From Octopus bimaculoides (Eukaryota): DNA of 59,412 bases. Both the position numbers and the translations under genes were made by a program. Shown here piece by piece: positions 38,457 to 51,160 of this stretch (positions within the stretch are counted from its first letter, which is position 1; each line of letters begins with the position of its first letter). The notes under the pieces are model-generated. The model saw only the letters and a list, made by a program, of their open reading frames with translations. It ran no database searches and had not been told where the DNA came from. The stretch is from NCBI RefSeq assembly GCF_001194135.2, contig NC_068991.1, positions 30,902,507-30,961,918 on the forward strand. Reading direction: 5' to 3'.

Positions 38457-38610
38457 CATCGAAAAATACCTTATGAATGAGAACCCAGGTTCGAAATTTC
38501 CCCAAGACACCTGAAGAAGGCTGGAGGGTATATCAGACGAAACGTTGTGTTAACAACAAACAAGATAAGAACAAATATCTGCCGAATGTAAATAATGTAA
38601 ATAATGTACG
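38245..38610 (+). mobile_element. tRNA-headed, (AAC/AAT)n-containing element with a hammerhead tail (copy 2)
   Basis: B box GTTCGATTCC at 38297-38306, decayed A box near 38251, (AAC/AGC/AAT)n, a ~150 bp body near-identical to 37771-37930, (AATGTAAAT)n end. Confidence 0.8.
38506..38551 (+). ncRNA. Minimal type I hammerhead ribozyme (Penelope-type)
   Basis: Stem I GACAC/GUGUU, core CUGAAGA plus extra A, stem II GGCUG/CAGAC (one mismatch), GAAA, palindromic ACGU stem III, predicted GUU cleavage after 38546. Confidence 0.78.
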
Positions 38611-39082
38611 GAGTAATATGTACAAATTTATATAATGTGGATAATACGAAAATTGTTACTAATGGGCCAAGTATAGGATAGATATTTTCACGATTATGCT
38701 CGCTAGGAAGTTACTTTTTGTCCTCTTTTTTATTTTGATAATTCATTCTGTGTCAAATGCAGTGGCGTACAACGTTTTCACAACCACTTGGCATATTTTG
38801 AGAAAAGAAAAAATGAAATACTTAATTTAATAGTCTAATTACTCTAAATTCACAAAGGACAAAATTTAATCCCTTAATCTGAGAGTTTTAAAGAGATGAT
38901 GCATTAATTCCAGTTCCTTAATAAAAGCTCGATAAGTTTAAATGAGACTTGATAGATTTCGACACGTTCAAAGAATCACCAGCATCACTAAAATTAAAGT
39001 TGTTAATTTATTAGTCATAGTCCCAAACGAATGTAAGCTCCACAAAATACAATCCTTACAGAAAACCTAACGAGTCTTAGTA

Positions 39083-40377
39083 TCAGGTCATCCCATAAGT
39101 TCTGTCGGAATTTTGAATAAAGAAAACAAGTGATCATATGTTTTTTTAATTGAAATTTAATCAGCAATGTACTTTACCTGATTATCTATGACTTCGTTCC
39201 ATCTAGTTACAAGCTTTTTAATCCCATCAATGTAAAACTCTTTTGATTTCAAAGCGAAGAACTCTGAAATGTCAGTTTCAACCTCCTCCTGCTTGCGAAA
39301 GTTATGTCTCCCAAATGATTCTGTAAACTACGAAACAAATGGTAGTCTGAAGGAGCAAGATCGGTAGAATAAGGTGGATGAGGAATTTTTTCTCAACCAA
39401 GCTCTTCGATCTTCTGTGATGTGATCTTTGCAGTGTGGGGTCGAGCATTATCCTGATGAAACATCACTCCTTTTCGATTCACTAAAGCGGGGTCTTTTCT
39501 CTTCAAAGCTTGGTTCAAACGCTCTAATTGCTGACAGTAGACTTGAGCATTGATTGTTGCATTAGGTGGTAACAATTCAAANNNNNNNNNNNNNNNNNNN
39601 NNNNNNNNNNNNNNNNNNNNNNNNNNNNNNNNNNNNNNNNNNNNNNNNNNNNNNNNNNNNNNNNNNNNNNNNNNNNNNNNNNNNNNNNNNNNNNNNNNNN
39701 NNNNNNNNNNNNNNNNNNNNNNNNNNNNNNNNNNNNNNNNNNNNNNNNNNNNNNNNNNNNNNNNNNNNNNNNNNNNNNNNNNNNNNNNNNNNNNNNNNNN
39801 NNNNNNNNNNNNNNNNNNNNNNNNNNNNNNNNNNNNNNNNNNNNNNNNNNNNNNNNNNNNNNNNNNNNNNNNNNNNNNNNNNNNNNNNNNNNNNNNNNNN
39901 NNNNNNNNNNNNNNNNNNNNNNNNNNNNNNNNNNNNNNNNNNNNNNNNNNNNNNNNNNNNNNNNNNNNNNNNNNNNNNNNNNNNNCAAACTCAGCTGGAC
40001 GTCCTGTTCGATGTTCATCTTCAAGGCTGAAATCTCCACTTCTGAATTTTGCAAACCATCTTCTGCAAGTTCTTTCATTCAAGCATTCTCTCCCATAAAC
40101 TGAGTGTATGCTTTGAGTAGCTTCGTCTGCAGAGTTTCCTTTTTTGTACTTATAAAGCATTATGAGCCTTAAATGCTGTTTGGATACTTCCATGTTAGGA
40201 AGGGTTTTAATCAAAGAAATTTTAATTCTATTATTTTGTAAAACAATATTTAGTTTGTTTAAATGTACACAAATGCTTAAAAAATAATTTTAAATTTCAT
40301 TAGACATTCTAAAATACTATCAAATTTCATTCAATCTTAAAAAGGTAAAATCGGACAGAACTTATGGGATGACCTGA
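39083..40377 (-). mobile_element. Full-length mariner, Hsmar1/cecropia-like, with a central assembly gap
   Basis: First 24 nt of both ITRs identical (TCAGGTCATCCCATAAGTTCTGTC); TA duplication at 39081-82 and 40378-79. Confidence 0.95.
39156..40193 (-). pseudogene. Mariner transposase (D,D34D type) with a stop codon
   Basis: MEVSKQHLRLIMLY...WFAKFRSGDFSLEDEHRTGRP; after the gap FHQDNARPH...ELG*EKIPHPPYSTDLAPSDYHLFRSLQN. Confidence 0.92.
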
Positions 40378-42111
40378 TACATTTTTATAAACTCCAGCCT
40401 TTCTCTTTGTAACTTACTAAAAGGAACTCTGACATCTTACGACGAAGAATATTTTAACTGCTTCGTGCAATATTACATCATCATATATAGAAGTAGATTG
40501 AACATTTTTTTAAAGGGACCATATAAAGAACAACGAAACCATTAAAACAGAAAATCGAAGATCATGTAGAATAATCTACAATTTAGTTTAAATATCAACA
40601 ATATACGTCCCGATCTTCATCATACAAAATAAATATTCTTTATTTCACAAAACGGTAAGTTCCACCAATATTTAATGTAAGCAGTGTTAATTTGAGCTAC
40701 AATCGATTCCATAATTTTGTCACTGCTAAAATTAGAATATGACATAAGTAAGAACAAGAACCTCATATGCCAATGCAGTTGTCTTGCTACCAAAAATGTG
40801 TGGTGTATTGAGCAATGATCTCTATTAGAAATGACAAGGAAGCAAAAAAGAAAAGAAAAGAAAGAACGATACAGATCTACTACAACACTATGTATCTTTA
40901 GTAACATATGGATAGAGGTAAGCAGTTTCAAGACCAATTGGTCAATTACCAAATCCATATCCAGGCACAGAAATAACTATTTATATTTAGAAATGTAATA
41001 TTGCCACTAAAATGGCAAATAACATAACGCTTAAACTTTCGTAATTCTTCCATAATATTAAATATGTAAAATGGAGGCGTCACACTCTGTAGAATTAAAC
41101 ATGCACGGAAGCATGCATATATACATAAATACATACATACACGCATACATACATACATACACACACACACACTCACACACACACACACTCACACACACAC
41201 ACATACACACTCACACACACAAACTCACACACGTACACAAACACACACGTACACAAACACATACGTATGATGTCGATGACAACGTAATCTAGTACTTTCT
41301 GTTATGGTTGACCGTACATTTCTGAACTTGATAGGTTCCTCTTCGAAACACATGCCAAGGCATATATCTTTTTGTGGAAGACGCAATTGTTTAAGCATGT
41401 AAGTCCCATTTCCATGCTACGAATGATGTCAAAAGGAAAGACAAGGCCGAGACAGCTTGACACTAGTATGGTTGTGGGCTCTGCTTACGACCACACTCGT
41501 GTCAGGCTGTAACATCGTTATCTCATTCAGAATTCAAGAAGCCAGAACAAAAGGCCACACAGCATCACGTGATATGCTATATCAGCAGAATATTTACTCA
41601 AAAGCCATTGGATCATAATTTAACTATACATCAACAGATAATTTCTCAAACATTTAAATATAATATGAAGTACTACACTATCAATGTTAATCAAGATACT
41701 GCCATTGTGAACAATTACTATAAAATATCCGAACATGTTTCTCGGACGAAAACAGAAATATTTGTCGTACTCAGCGATTATATATGATTATATATGTATA
41801 TACTTGGCTACTTAGGGTTGTGATTTTATTATACCAACAATGACCATATTAACTAAATATGTGCCTCTGTGTGTGTGTGTGTGTGTGTGCGTGTGTGTGC
41901 GTGTGTGTGCGCGCACGCGTATGTATATGTAAATTTAAGTATGCACACAATGTACAAATGGGGCTTGTATGCGTGTATGTTCAAACATTTGAATACATTG
42001 GAACAAACTTAATAAATATGTGGGTTGATATTTATCATGACATTAGCATTTATATGTCAATATGATAGACATTGTATACACTGCAAACTTTAGCTTTTAT
42101 AAATTATTATA

Positions 42112-42142
<31 letters not shown>

Positions 42143-42225
42143 GTACATATGTATAATGAGTGTTGTTAGTATGCGCGCGTCTAAAACTTGCCATGTGTAA
42201 AATGTTATATTTCTCCTACTACTAT

Positions 42226-42310
42226 TCCCCTCTCCTGCTCTCTCCCCTGCTCTCTCCCCTGCTCTCTCCCCTGCTCTCTCCCCTGCTCTCTCCCCTGCTC
42301 TCCCCCTCTC
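42226..42310. repeat. 12-bp minisatellite (CCCCTGCTCTCT)n, next to a gap
   Basis: About six units read directly. Confidence 0.9.
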
Positions 42311-42867
42311 TCTGTANNNNNNNNNNNNNNNNNNNNNNNNNNNNNNNNNNNNNNNNNNNNNNNNNNNNNNNNNNNNNNNNNNNNNNNNNNNNNNNNNNNN
42401 NNNNNNNNNNNNNNNNNNNNNNNNNNNNNNNNNNNNNNNNNNNNNNNNNNNNNNNNNNNNNNNNNNNNNNNNNNNNNNNNNNNNNNNNNNNNNNNNNNNN
42501 NNNNNNNNNNNNNNNNNNNNNNNNNNNNNNNNNNNNNNNNNNNNNNNNNNNNNNNNNNNNNNNNNNNNNNNNNNNNNNNNNNNNNNNNNNNNNNNNNNNN
42601 NNNNNNNNNNNNNNNNNNNNNNNNNNNNNNNNNNNNNNNNNNNNNNNNNNNNNNNNNNNNNNNNNNNNNNNNNNNNNNNNNNNNNNNNNNNNNNNNNNNN
42701 NNNNNNNNNNNNNNNNNNNNNNNNNNNNNNNNNNNNNNNNNNNNNNNNNNNNNNNNNNNNNNNNNNNNNNNNNNNNNNNNNNNNNNNNNNNNNNNNNNNN
42801 NNNNNNNNNNNNNNNNNNNNNNNNNNNNNNNNNNNNNNNNNNNNTACACACACACACATATATAAAA

Positions 42868-42973
<106 letters not shown>

Positions 42974-43543
42974 ATGTTTGTGTGTGTGTATGTATGTATA
43001 TATGTGTGGGTGTGTGTGTAAATATATATATATATATCAACGTATCCCCAAGAAAGAAATACTAAACAGCATGCCATTAATTATGGACGCTAAGCCACAA
43101 ATATATAATTTGAAGCCAGGATTCACTACTGAGCACCTACCATAACACATGAGAAAATAAGCACCTAAACTTTCTTAAGATCATACTTAATATGACAAAA
43201 CAAAGCAATATTAGAGACAAAACATAATTTTTACCTTCTTAAAAAAATACAACTGTGATACTTAAAACAATTACTGTTGATAAAGAAGGTTGAAACGCAG
43301 CAGGTGAATTTCTTCGACATCGACAGCTGGGATGTACAACCCACTGCAGATATAGACACATCAATACCAGCTCCTTCATTCTTTGCTACACCTAAAGGAC
43401 ATACAGTAAATAAGAACCGACAGAAATCCATTCCATAAAAGAATCTTGCAAACGCACAGTATTTTAGCAGAATTGTGTTAAAAGTGACACATCTCACACC
43501 AGGAAGACCGAGTTAGCATGGAAGCGTGTGTGTGTGTGTGTGT

Positions 43544-43584
<41 letters not shown>

Positions 43585-43662
43585 ATACACACATACATGC
43601 ATATATATATATGTATGCATAAATTATGTATGCGTGTATGCATGTTGTATCAGGAATTACAG

Positions 43663-43773
<111 letters not shown>

Positions 43774-44499
43774 TTGATCCAGAAAAATGCGACTTTATGT
43801 CTCTGAGAACACTTTACTACTAGAGTGCTTCTTATCGTTTTGAATAGGTGAGCGAGTGACCGTTTGTGTAACACTGAAGAGTATCGTACTACATGTCATC
43901 TATTGACCTCGAAGCACAGCTTCTTACTGTAACAACAATTAGTTGTCAAATATACAAAAGGTATTCTAAAAAGGTCGACACTTGAGTTTTAAAAAAATCA
44001 TCTTTCTAGTGACCTCGACCAAGCGGAAGTAAAGCGATCTCTAGGTTATTGTAAACCAGGAGATTCTCTCCTAAACGAAAATATTGGCGCTAAATCAATG
44101 ACACCCAATACCATTTCTTCTATTAAATAATAATGCAACCCAAAACACACCCCTAAAACCTAAAATTCACTTACAACAAAGACTTGGTACACAACATCGA
44201 AATAAGCACTCACCCTTTTTTTGTTTCTTTTAGCAACTTACACCATAAAACCGTTGAGTTATTAATGTACATTACCGTTTCCCAACCAGAACATAAATGT
44301 CCCAAAAATTTCTATTCTCGGAAACTGACCGTGGTAATCGAGGCTCAACTAGCAAACAGTGATTTAATAACATACAACTTTGTTTGGAGAACAAAACTGG
44401 ATTTGCGTACAAAGAAATACTGAAAACTGTAGTTTCACACTTTTCAACTATTCTAAATTACAAGTGAAACCTCATAAGGTTATTACGAACCTGAAATAT

Positions 44500-47111
44500 T
44501 ACGAAAGATCTAACCAATCAATCTTTGACAGTGAGGCAAGAAGTCAAGAAAATAAAATATGAAATAATTGAAGCTACACTTGTGAGGCCAAACGAAAAAG
44601 AATGATCAAGGTAAGAAATGCCGGTGGTTAAGGGATGAAGTTAAATCAAAATATTTTTGTACTGCTATACACAGGACTCTCTACTAGTGAAACAGAACAA
44701 CAACGGACCACTTCACAGTTAAGATGGCTCGCATACAGACGATCTCTCATGGACTTGGCATTAATTCAAAGAGCTAAGCGAGAGTGTTTTTTCCTAGCCA
44801 AGGAAAGTACAACATACTAAACACCTTGACATATTCTACCATACAACAACCTCTCAGATCAGCATAACACTTATGAACCTAATTGAACAGGACATAATTG
44901 AATCAACAAACCTATCTTGACACAAATTCAGCTCCAGAACTGGATGACCCTCTACATTTAAAATCTGTAGAACCAACTTTACGAGTTCCCTGAAAATGAT
45001 CGGAGCTATCTAGACACTGGACTGCTAGAACTGTTGACAGAAGCTATAACAACTCTGATATATAAAGGTGTCATTAGAGCACAAACAAACAAGCAATTAC
45101 AGGCCTATGTCACTAGCATTCCCATCTCGCAATAGTCCTATGGAAGAACCATATAAAGAAGAGTAATTATCTATTTAGACCAGCAAAATAATTTTCATAA
45201 TATCTAGAAGGATCTCCGCCTAAAAAGAAATTCTTTGATACAGTAGATACAGCTTCTACAAAAGGCATAAATCAAAGTATGGGGTATCTGCTATTTGGAT
45301 CAAGGGTTCACAGTGAATAGACTAATTTCTCCCAAGTCGCAGAGTTTGGGAGAAATCAGTGTATACATAGAATCAAAATAAGCCTTATAATATTACGTTC
45401 CATATTGACAAAGTATTGGTTTAAGTGGACACTTGGGTATTTAATTTCTGGTCTACCAAAAAGCCTTTGGTAGTATACATGGACAGAATATGAGGGCACT
45501 TCCATTAACCAAAGTACCACCACTACTTGTATCTCCCTAACCAAAAACTGGTAGACCTCCTAACTTCTTAGAAGCGACAACGAAGACATGTTATCTGACA
45601 CTGTACACATCCTTCAAGGCGATAACTTGTCAGTACATCTCTGTACTCTAACTGAATTCCTTGTCATACCTAATCACAAAACACAGCAGTTATAGGAATG
45701 AGTTCAATAACATCTCTTATCCCTTCTTTCTAGCTGACCTGAAGCTGTATGGGCCAAATATTAACCACAACAAAGAGTAACTGGATCTCATAACCCATCA
45801 AAACCCATTTCTCCAAAGACATTAGAATGAAATTTAGTGAGTCGAAATGTTCAGTTCGGGAGTTAATCATGGCACACTTGTACCTTTATCCAAGACACTT
45901 AACATAAACAGCCTAGAAATACAACCTCAGCTCTCTGAAGAACATTAGAATATATTGGACAGAATGAGACTATGGGCTATGTCGGACTCATGAATTTAGG
46001 AGAGGACGATAGTAAAAACAATATGAGCATGTGAACTCTAGGCTTACAACAAGCATATTGCCTACAACACCTTTGCCATGGCTGTCCTCACGCTCACATC
46101 TGGCCTCCAGAACTGGTCACTCAATGAGATAAATGTTCACACTCGTAAGATGCTCAGTGTTACAGGGAATTTCAGCATCGATTGAAATGTTGGTAAGGCT
46201 ATGCTTTACACGCAAGGATGGTGGCAATAGTCTCAAATCCCTATTTATGTCATATGAAACACGTATCGTGACACCGATACTGCATTTGCAGGAGAGGTAA
46301 GAGACAATTAATAAGTTACCCAAGTTTGCGACTGTGAAATCAACAAGATAATCAGGATAGCTAATGAACTTTAGTAGAAGCATAAAATAAAGCTAATGCA
46401 GATCTTTCCCCAACATGCATCGGTCAATTCTTTTTATCAAAAGAACAAAATTTTAAAAAATTAGTCTTTTCAGAGAATATAGTGCATGGGCACGCAAGAC
46501 ACAAACCATATGAGGAATTGATCGGATGAAAAACTTAGCATGGAGTACCGACAAGTTTATAACATTCTATTTCGACGGCTACCTCCATGCAATTCAAGAA
46601 CAAAAGATCTCCTCCAAGTAGCCGCAACATAAAAGGCAGAAAACATTGACAGAAAACAAGTGTCGTCTGTGCAACATCAAGACTGAAGACATCAATCACA
46701 TTATTGCCTACGGCGAGATATTGTCTTTCAGATCTTATCTCCCCATGAACCATAATGCAGTGGCCTGAACAATCTTGAATAGGATGACAAAAAAGAAAAT
46801 ACAAACAGACGACTGTGCTGAGAGCGATTGCGCCAGAGAATGTTGGTGGAACTTAGAAATTAAAACAGTCATCAAGTTAGAATAAAACCAGCTAGATATT
46901 GTTGTGTGGGACCACAAGGATGAGATATACTCTGCTGTGGGAATCAGCTGCCCTCTGGACACCGATATGGTTAGAAAAAAACAAAAGAAAGAGGACATCT
47001 ATGGACCACTAATAAGGACTTTGCAAATCCAGTACGCAAGGTACACTTTCAGCTTTATACCTATTATTGGAGTAATAGGATACATACCAACTAGATGTTT
47101 TGCAAACAACT
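44500..47111 (+). mobile_element. Degenerate Dong/R4-clade non-LTR retrotransposon (RT plus CCHC plus RLE), main part
   Basis: SNYRPMSL, LQGD, FFLADLKLYG, RKDGG, YLHAIQEQ, CRLCNIKTEDINHII, HNAVA, DIVVWD...ISCPLD...KKEDIYGPL; 5' boundary approximate. Confidence 0.88.
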
Positions 47112-49305
47112 TGTACATGCAAGTGCTACCAGTCGAGAACTCCACATACCGGAAGCCAGCAAGTGTATGGGGTCATCAGGACAGAATGTGCGCCGTTTCG
47201 GGGCCTTCATCTCGTCCCCCTTCACTGATATGAGGCCCCGCTTGCTAGATCAAGTGGTTATTAAATACAGCTCAATATTCTTCTTGCCATCGCGCATCGT
47301 CTCTTTTTAACTAAATCCAGTGGCTAGCCTTTTCCACGGTAGTTTGGATATCGGTCATGGTGGTATTTACTTTACGATGAGTTAGGCCTAACGATAACAG
47401 CTTTCCAACCTGCGACTTCACATTCCTCGAGGAGATTTACATAACGGTCAATCGAGCCCGAGCGGCGTCCCTGTTATCTTCATGAGGAACCGTTAACTCG
47501 ACTAGATTCACAACTTTCTTTCCTGCACACCACATTAAAATGTTTTTTCATAACTGGGATGGGAAAGAGTCCCTGGCACCCTGGTAAATCTGCAGTCACC
47601 TCCCAATAGCCGTTCCACTTTTCATCACTCACAGGAAGTTTGTTGTTCTTCTTCTTGAAACAGATCCACTGTCCTGAGCATACAAAGGTAATGAATCCTC
47701 TAGTTGGTACTTTCAACGGTTTTTTTAATTTTTTACTGTTGTTGAGATCAATTTGGTTATTTATGGCACTGAAGATAACCTTAAGAACCAGGTTGTGTCT
47801 CCATGTATACCTGTTCAATGCTAATGAACAGTTGGAAAGAATATGTTTCAGTCTCAAGCTCGTCTAATCTCAAGAGGGCACTCTGCATGATTTGCTTATC
47901 TGTAGATAGAACTGTTACGTCATCCATGAAGGCTTTCTTAGGCGATTGTACATGGATGATTTGTTCCGAAAAATCCACGACTTTCAAAATCATCTCCATG
48001 ACTAAGATAAACCACGTGACAGATATTGTACAGCCAGCAGCAATGCCAATCTCCAATCAGTGCCAATCTGTTGTAAAATTTCCAGCTGTAAACCTCATCT
48101 CGAAACTGTCATAATACATCCTCATTATTTTGGTTGCTTTGTCTGGAATGTGGAAGTGGTCCATGGCTCTCATCAGCAATTTGTGTGACACTGAGCCATA
48201 TGCATTAGCTAGGTCAAGCCATATCACGTTCAGACTTCTCTTGTTCTGTTTGGCATCCTGGATCGCTTTCCAAATCGAAAAACAGTGTTCAACGCATCCA
48301 GTGATCCCAGGGATTCCGGCCTTTTGAACAGATTCATCAACCTATCCATTACTCTGCAAATATGTCACTGTTCTCCTCGAAAGAATTCCCATAAAGATCT
48401 TTCCTTCCACATTCAATCATTCAATAAGGATATCGGCCTAAACTGTTTTATAGTCTCTGCATTGGCCTCCTTCAGCAGGTATATGCCTTCTGCCTTACAC
48501 CAATCCTTTACTAGAGTCTCTTCGCGCTACAGCTGTCGGAGTAGGACAAAGAGCTTCTTTCGCAGACGATTTCAATATTTGTAAACTTTATACGAGACGC
48601 CGTCACCTCCTGGGGCACTCTTTACTCTAGCTTTTCTCGTGAAATCATCCACCTCTCTTTCCCTGATGTCTCCAATTTTAAATTCGATATCAGGTTCTAA
48701 GAGATGCATTAGCCCATGTAGAGGTGGCAGTGACTGGTTACGGTGCGGATCGCTGTAGATTTTTTGATATGAGCGTCCAATTCTTTCGTGCACGATAAAG
48801 TGCCACTCTTCTGTTCAGTGAACAACTTCTTAGTAAACCCAAATGGTTCCTTCAGAGACTACCCGCGAAACCTTTTACTTTCCTTTCGTCGCTCATATCG
48901 GTAGATATGCCGCTGCACATAACGACATTTCCTTTTCAAATCGTCATATAGCAGCGCGAGGCCAGGTTCTTCGTCTTCTGTAGCACATTTCCATCGCTTT
49001 CTTAGGCTGGTCTTTTCCTTCTTCAACTGTTTCAATTTCCTGATCCTTCTGCTTTGTCCACACTTGCCTTTCGCTAATCGGATAATCTCTTTCATTCCAA
49101 ATAATTCCTTTACTGTATCGTAAACTGAGCTTGTTAACTTTCCCAGTTTCTCCACTGTGGAGCCTGTCATTTTATAAAGAGCTTGACATAACCTGTTTTC
49201 AAACTCTTTATATTTTCCTTTCTCATTAGTAGCAGGCTGCAAAACCCTCCGTTTCCTCCAAGTAATATCTGATGCACCAGTTTCATAACCTGCAGTTTCC
49301 TGAAC
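47112..49305 (-). mobile_element. HERO/NeSL-like RLE non-LTR retrotransposon, 5'-truncated and internally deleted
   Basis: SAPGGDGVSYKVYK, FRPISLLN, WLDLANAYGSVSH, GIAAGCTISV, KAFMDDVT, HILSNC...RYTWRHNLVL, EECEVAGWKA, KASHWI*LKR; clade from recalled motifs. Confidence 0.85.
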
Positions 49306-49420
49306 ATAAGTTCACGGGGAGAGAAGGCAAAAACCTTAATTCATTCACTATAAATGAGTACAATATCCGGGACTACAAAAATCTGTAAGACTTTTAAGAT
49401 TTAATGGATAATGAATAAAA
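49306..49420 (+). mobile_element. 3' terminus of the same Dong/R4-like element, beyond the HERO insertion
   Basis: Reads ...EKAKTLIHSL*MSTISGTTKICKTF, the C-terminal segment missing at 47111. Confidence 0.6.
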
Positions 49421-49489
49421 GAAAATTTTTTCACAAACGTGCTACCAAACAAGTGGCTAATCAAAATCGGTTTCAGATTTTAGTCAATT

Positions 49490-49660
49490 TCAAGGGAGTG
49501 GGTAATTCGATTACATCAACCCCAGAGCTTAAATGGTTCTTATTTTATCGACCCAAACCGATGAAAGCAAAGTCAGCCACGGCAGAATTTGAACTCAGAA
49601 CGTAAAGAAGGATGAAATGTCCCCAAGCATTTTGCCAGGTGTGGTAACAATCTGCCAGCA
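49490..49660 (-). mobile_element. SINE family C copy (others at about 12545-12710, 20885-21020, 52740-52885, 58560-58760)
   Basis: TCGATTACATCAACCCC...GGCAGAATTTGAACTCAGAACGTAAAG. Confidence 0.8.
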
Positions 49661-50812
49661 TGCATACACGTATATATATATAAACCATGTATATACATAC
49701 ATACATATAAATATATACATATATATANNNNNNNNNNNNNNNNNNNNNNNNNNNNNNNNNNNNNNNNNNNNNNNNNNNNNNNNNNNNNNNNNNNNNNNNN
49801 NNNNNNNNNNNNNNNNNNNNNNNNNNNNNNNNNNNNNNNNNNNNNNNNNNNNNNNNNNNNNNNNNNNNNNNNNNNNNNNNNNNNNNNNNNNNNNNNNNNN
49901 NNNNNNNNNNNNNNNNNNNNNNNNNNNNNNNNNNNNNNNNNNNNNNNNNNNNNNNNNNNNNNNNNNNNNNNNNNNNNNNNNNNNNNNNNNNNNNNNNNNN
50001 NNNNNNNNNNNNNNNNNNNNNNNNNNNNNNNNNNNNNNNNNNNNNNNNNNNNNNNNNNNNNNNNNNNNNNNNNNNNNNNNNNNNNNNNNNNNNNNNNNNN
50101 NNNNNNNNNNNNNNNNNNNNNNNNNNNNNNNNNNNNNNNNNNNNNNNNNNNNNNNNNNNNNNNNNNNNNNNNNNNNNNNNNNNNNNNNNNNNNNNNNNNN
50201 NNNNNNNNNNNNNNNNNNNNNNNNNNNNNNNNNNNNNNNNNNNNNNNNNNNNNNNNNNNNNNNNNNNNNNNNNNNNNNNNNNNNNNNNNNNNNNNNNNNN
50301 NNNNNNNNNNNNNNNNNNNNNNNNNNNNNNNNNNNNNNNNNNNNNNNNNNNNNNNNNNNNNNNNNNNNNNNNNNNNNNNNNNNNNNNNNNNNNNNNNNNN
50401 NNNNNNNNNNNNNNNNNNNNNNNNNNNNNNNNNTATATATATATATATATATATATATGTAATTCCAAGAGAGTTAGAGGTTGTGAATCCAACCAACTAA
50501 GGGATAATATCTACCCAATTAATACACAAGTGTTTTTTCATTGCATGGCAATTGCATTACCGATGTAATAAATGGGTGAGGGTAAAAAGTTATTTTACTC
50601 TTAATTTATACACCAATAATAAAATGGAGGGGATCAAGAGTTGGTATTCATCAACTTTTAGACATTATATTATGTCTATTTATTATTTAAAAAGTCAATT
50701 ATAACAATATACATCCATGTATAACATATTATGGTTTACATATATAATATATAAAATATAAAAATACTAGTAATTATTAAAATATATAACGTAGAGCATA
50801 GAAAGTAGGATA

Positions 50813-50930
50813 GTATCTTACAGCTGTTTCAACCAAGAGGCCATAGTAACTCTTATCCCTCCAGTGAACTGAAGTATTTGGTAGATAAGATTAAGGTACT
50901 TGGGTGTGTCTCTGGGCTTCGTCAGAGAGT
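50813..50930 (-). ncRNA. Hammerhead ribozyme with a long stem II loop
   Basis: UCU-CUGACGA-AGCCCAGAG...CUCUUGGUU-GAAA-CAGCUGUA-AGA; palindromic stem III ACAGCUGU. Confidence 0.6.
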
Positions 50931-51098
50931 TTAGAAAGTTCATACGGTTAAGTTATAAATATGAATACGTACATATATACATACTTTTACATATACATAA
51001 ATATACATAAACACATATACATATATTTAAATGTATATGCATATGTATATATTTAAATGTATATGCATATGCATATGTATATGCATACAAAGGAATCA

Positions 51099-51160
<62 letters not shown>

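Noticed and set aside
47165-47205. GAAAC...CUGAUGA in the HERO 3' UTR as a type II hammerhead
   Set aside because: The would-be stem II strands are CCCC and CCCC, which cannot pair
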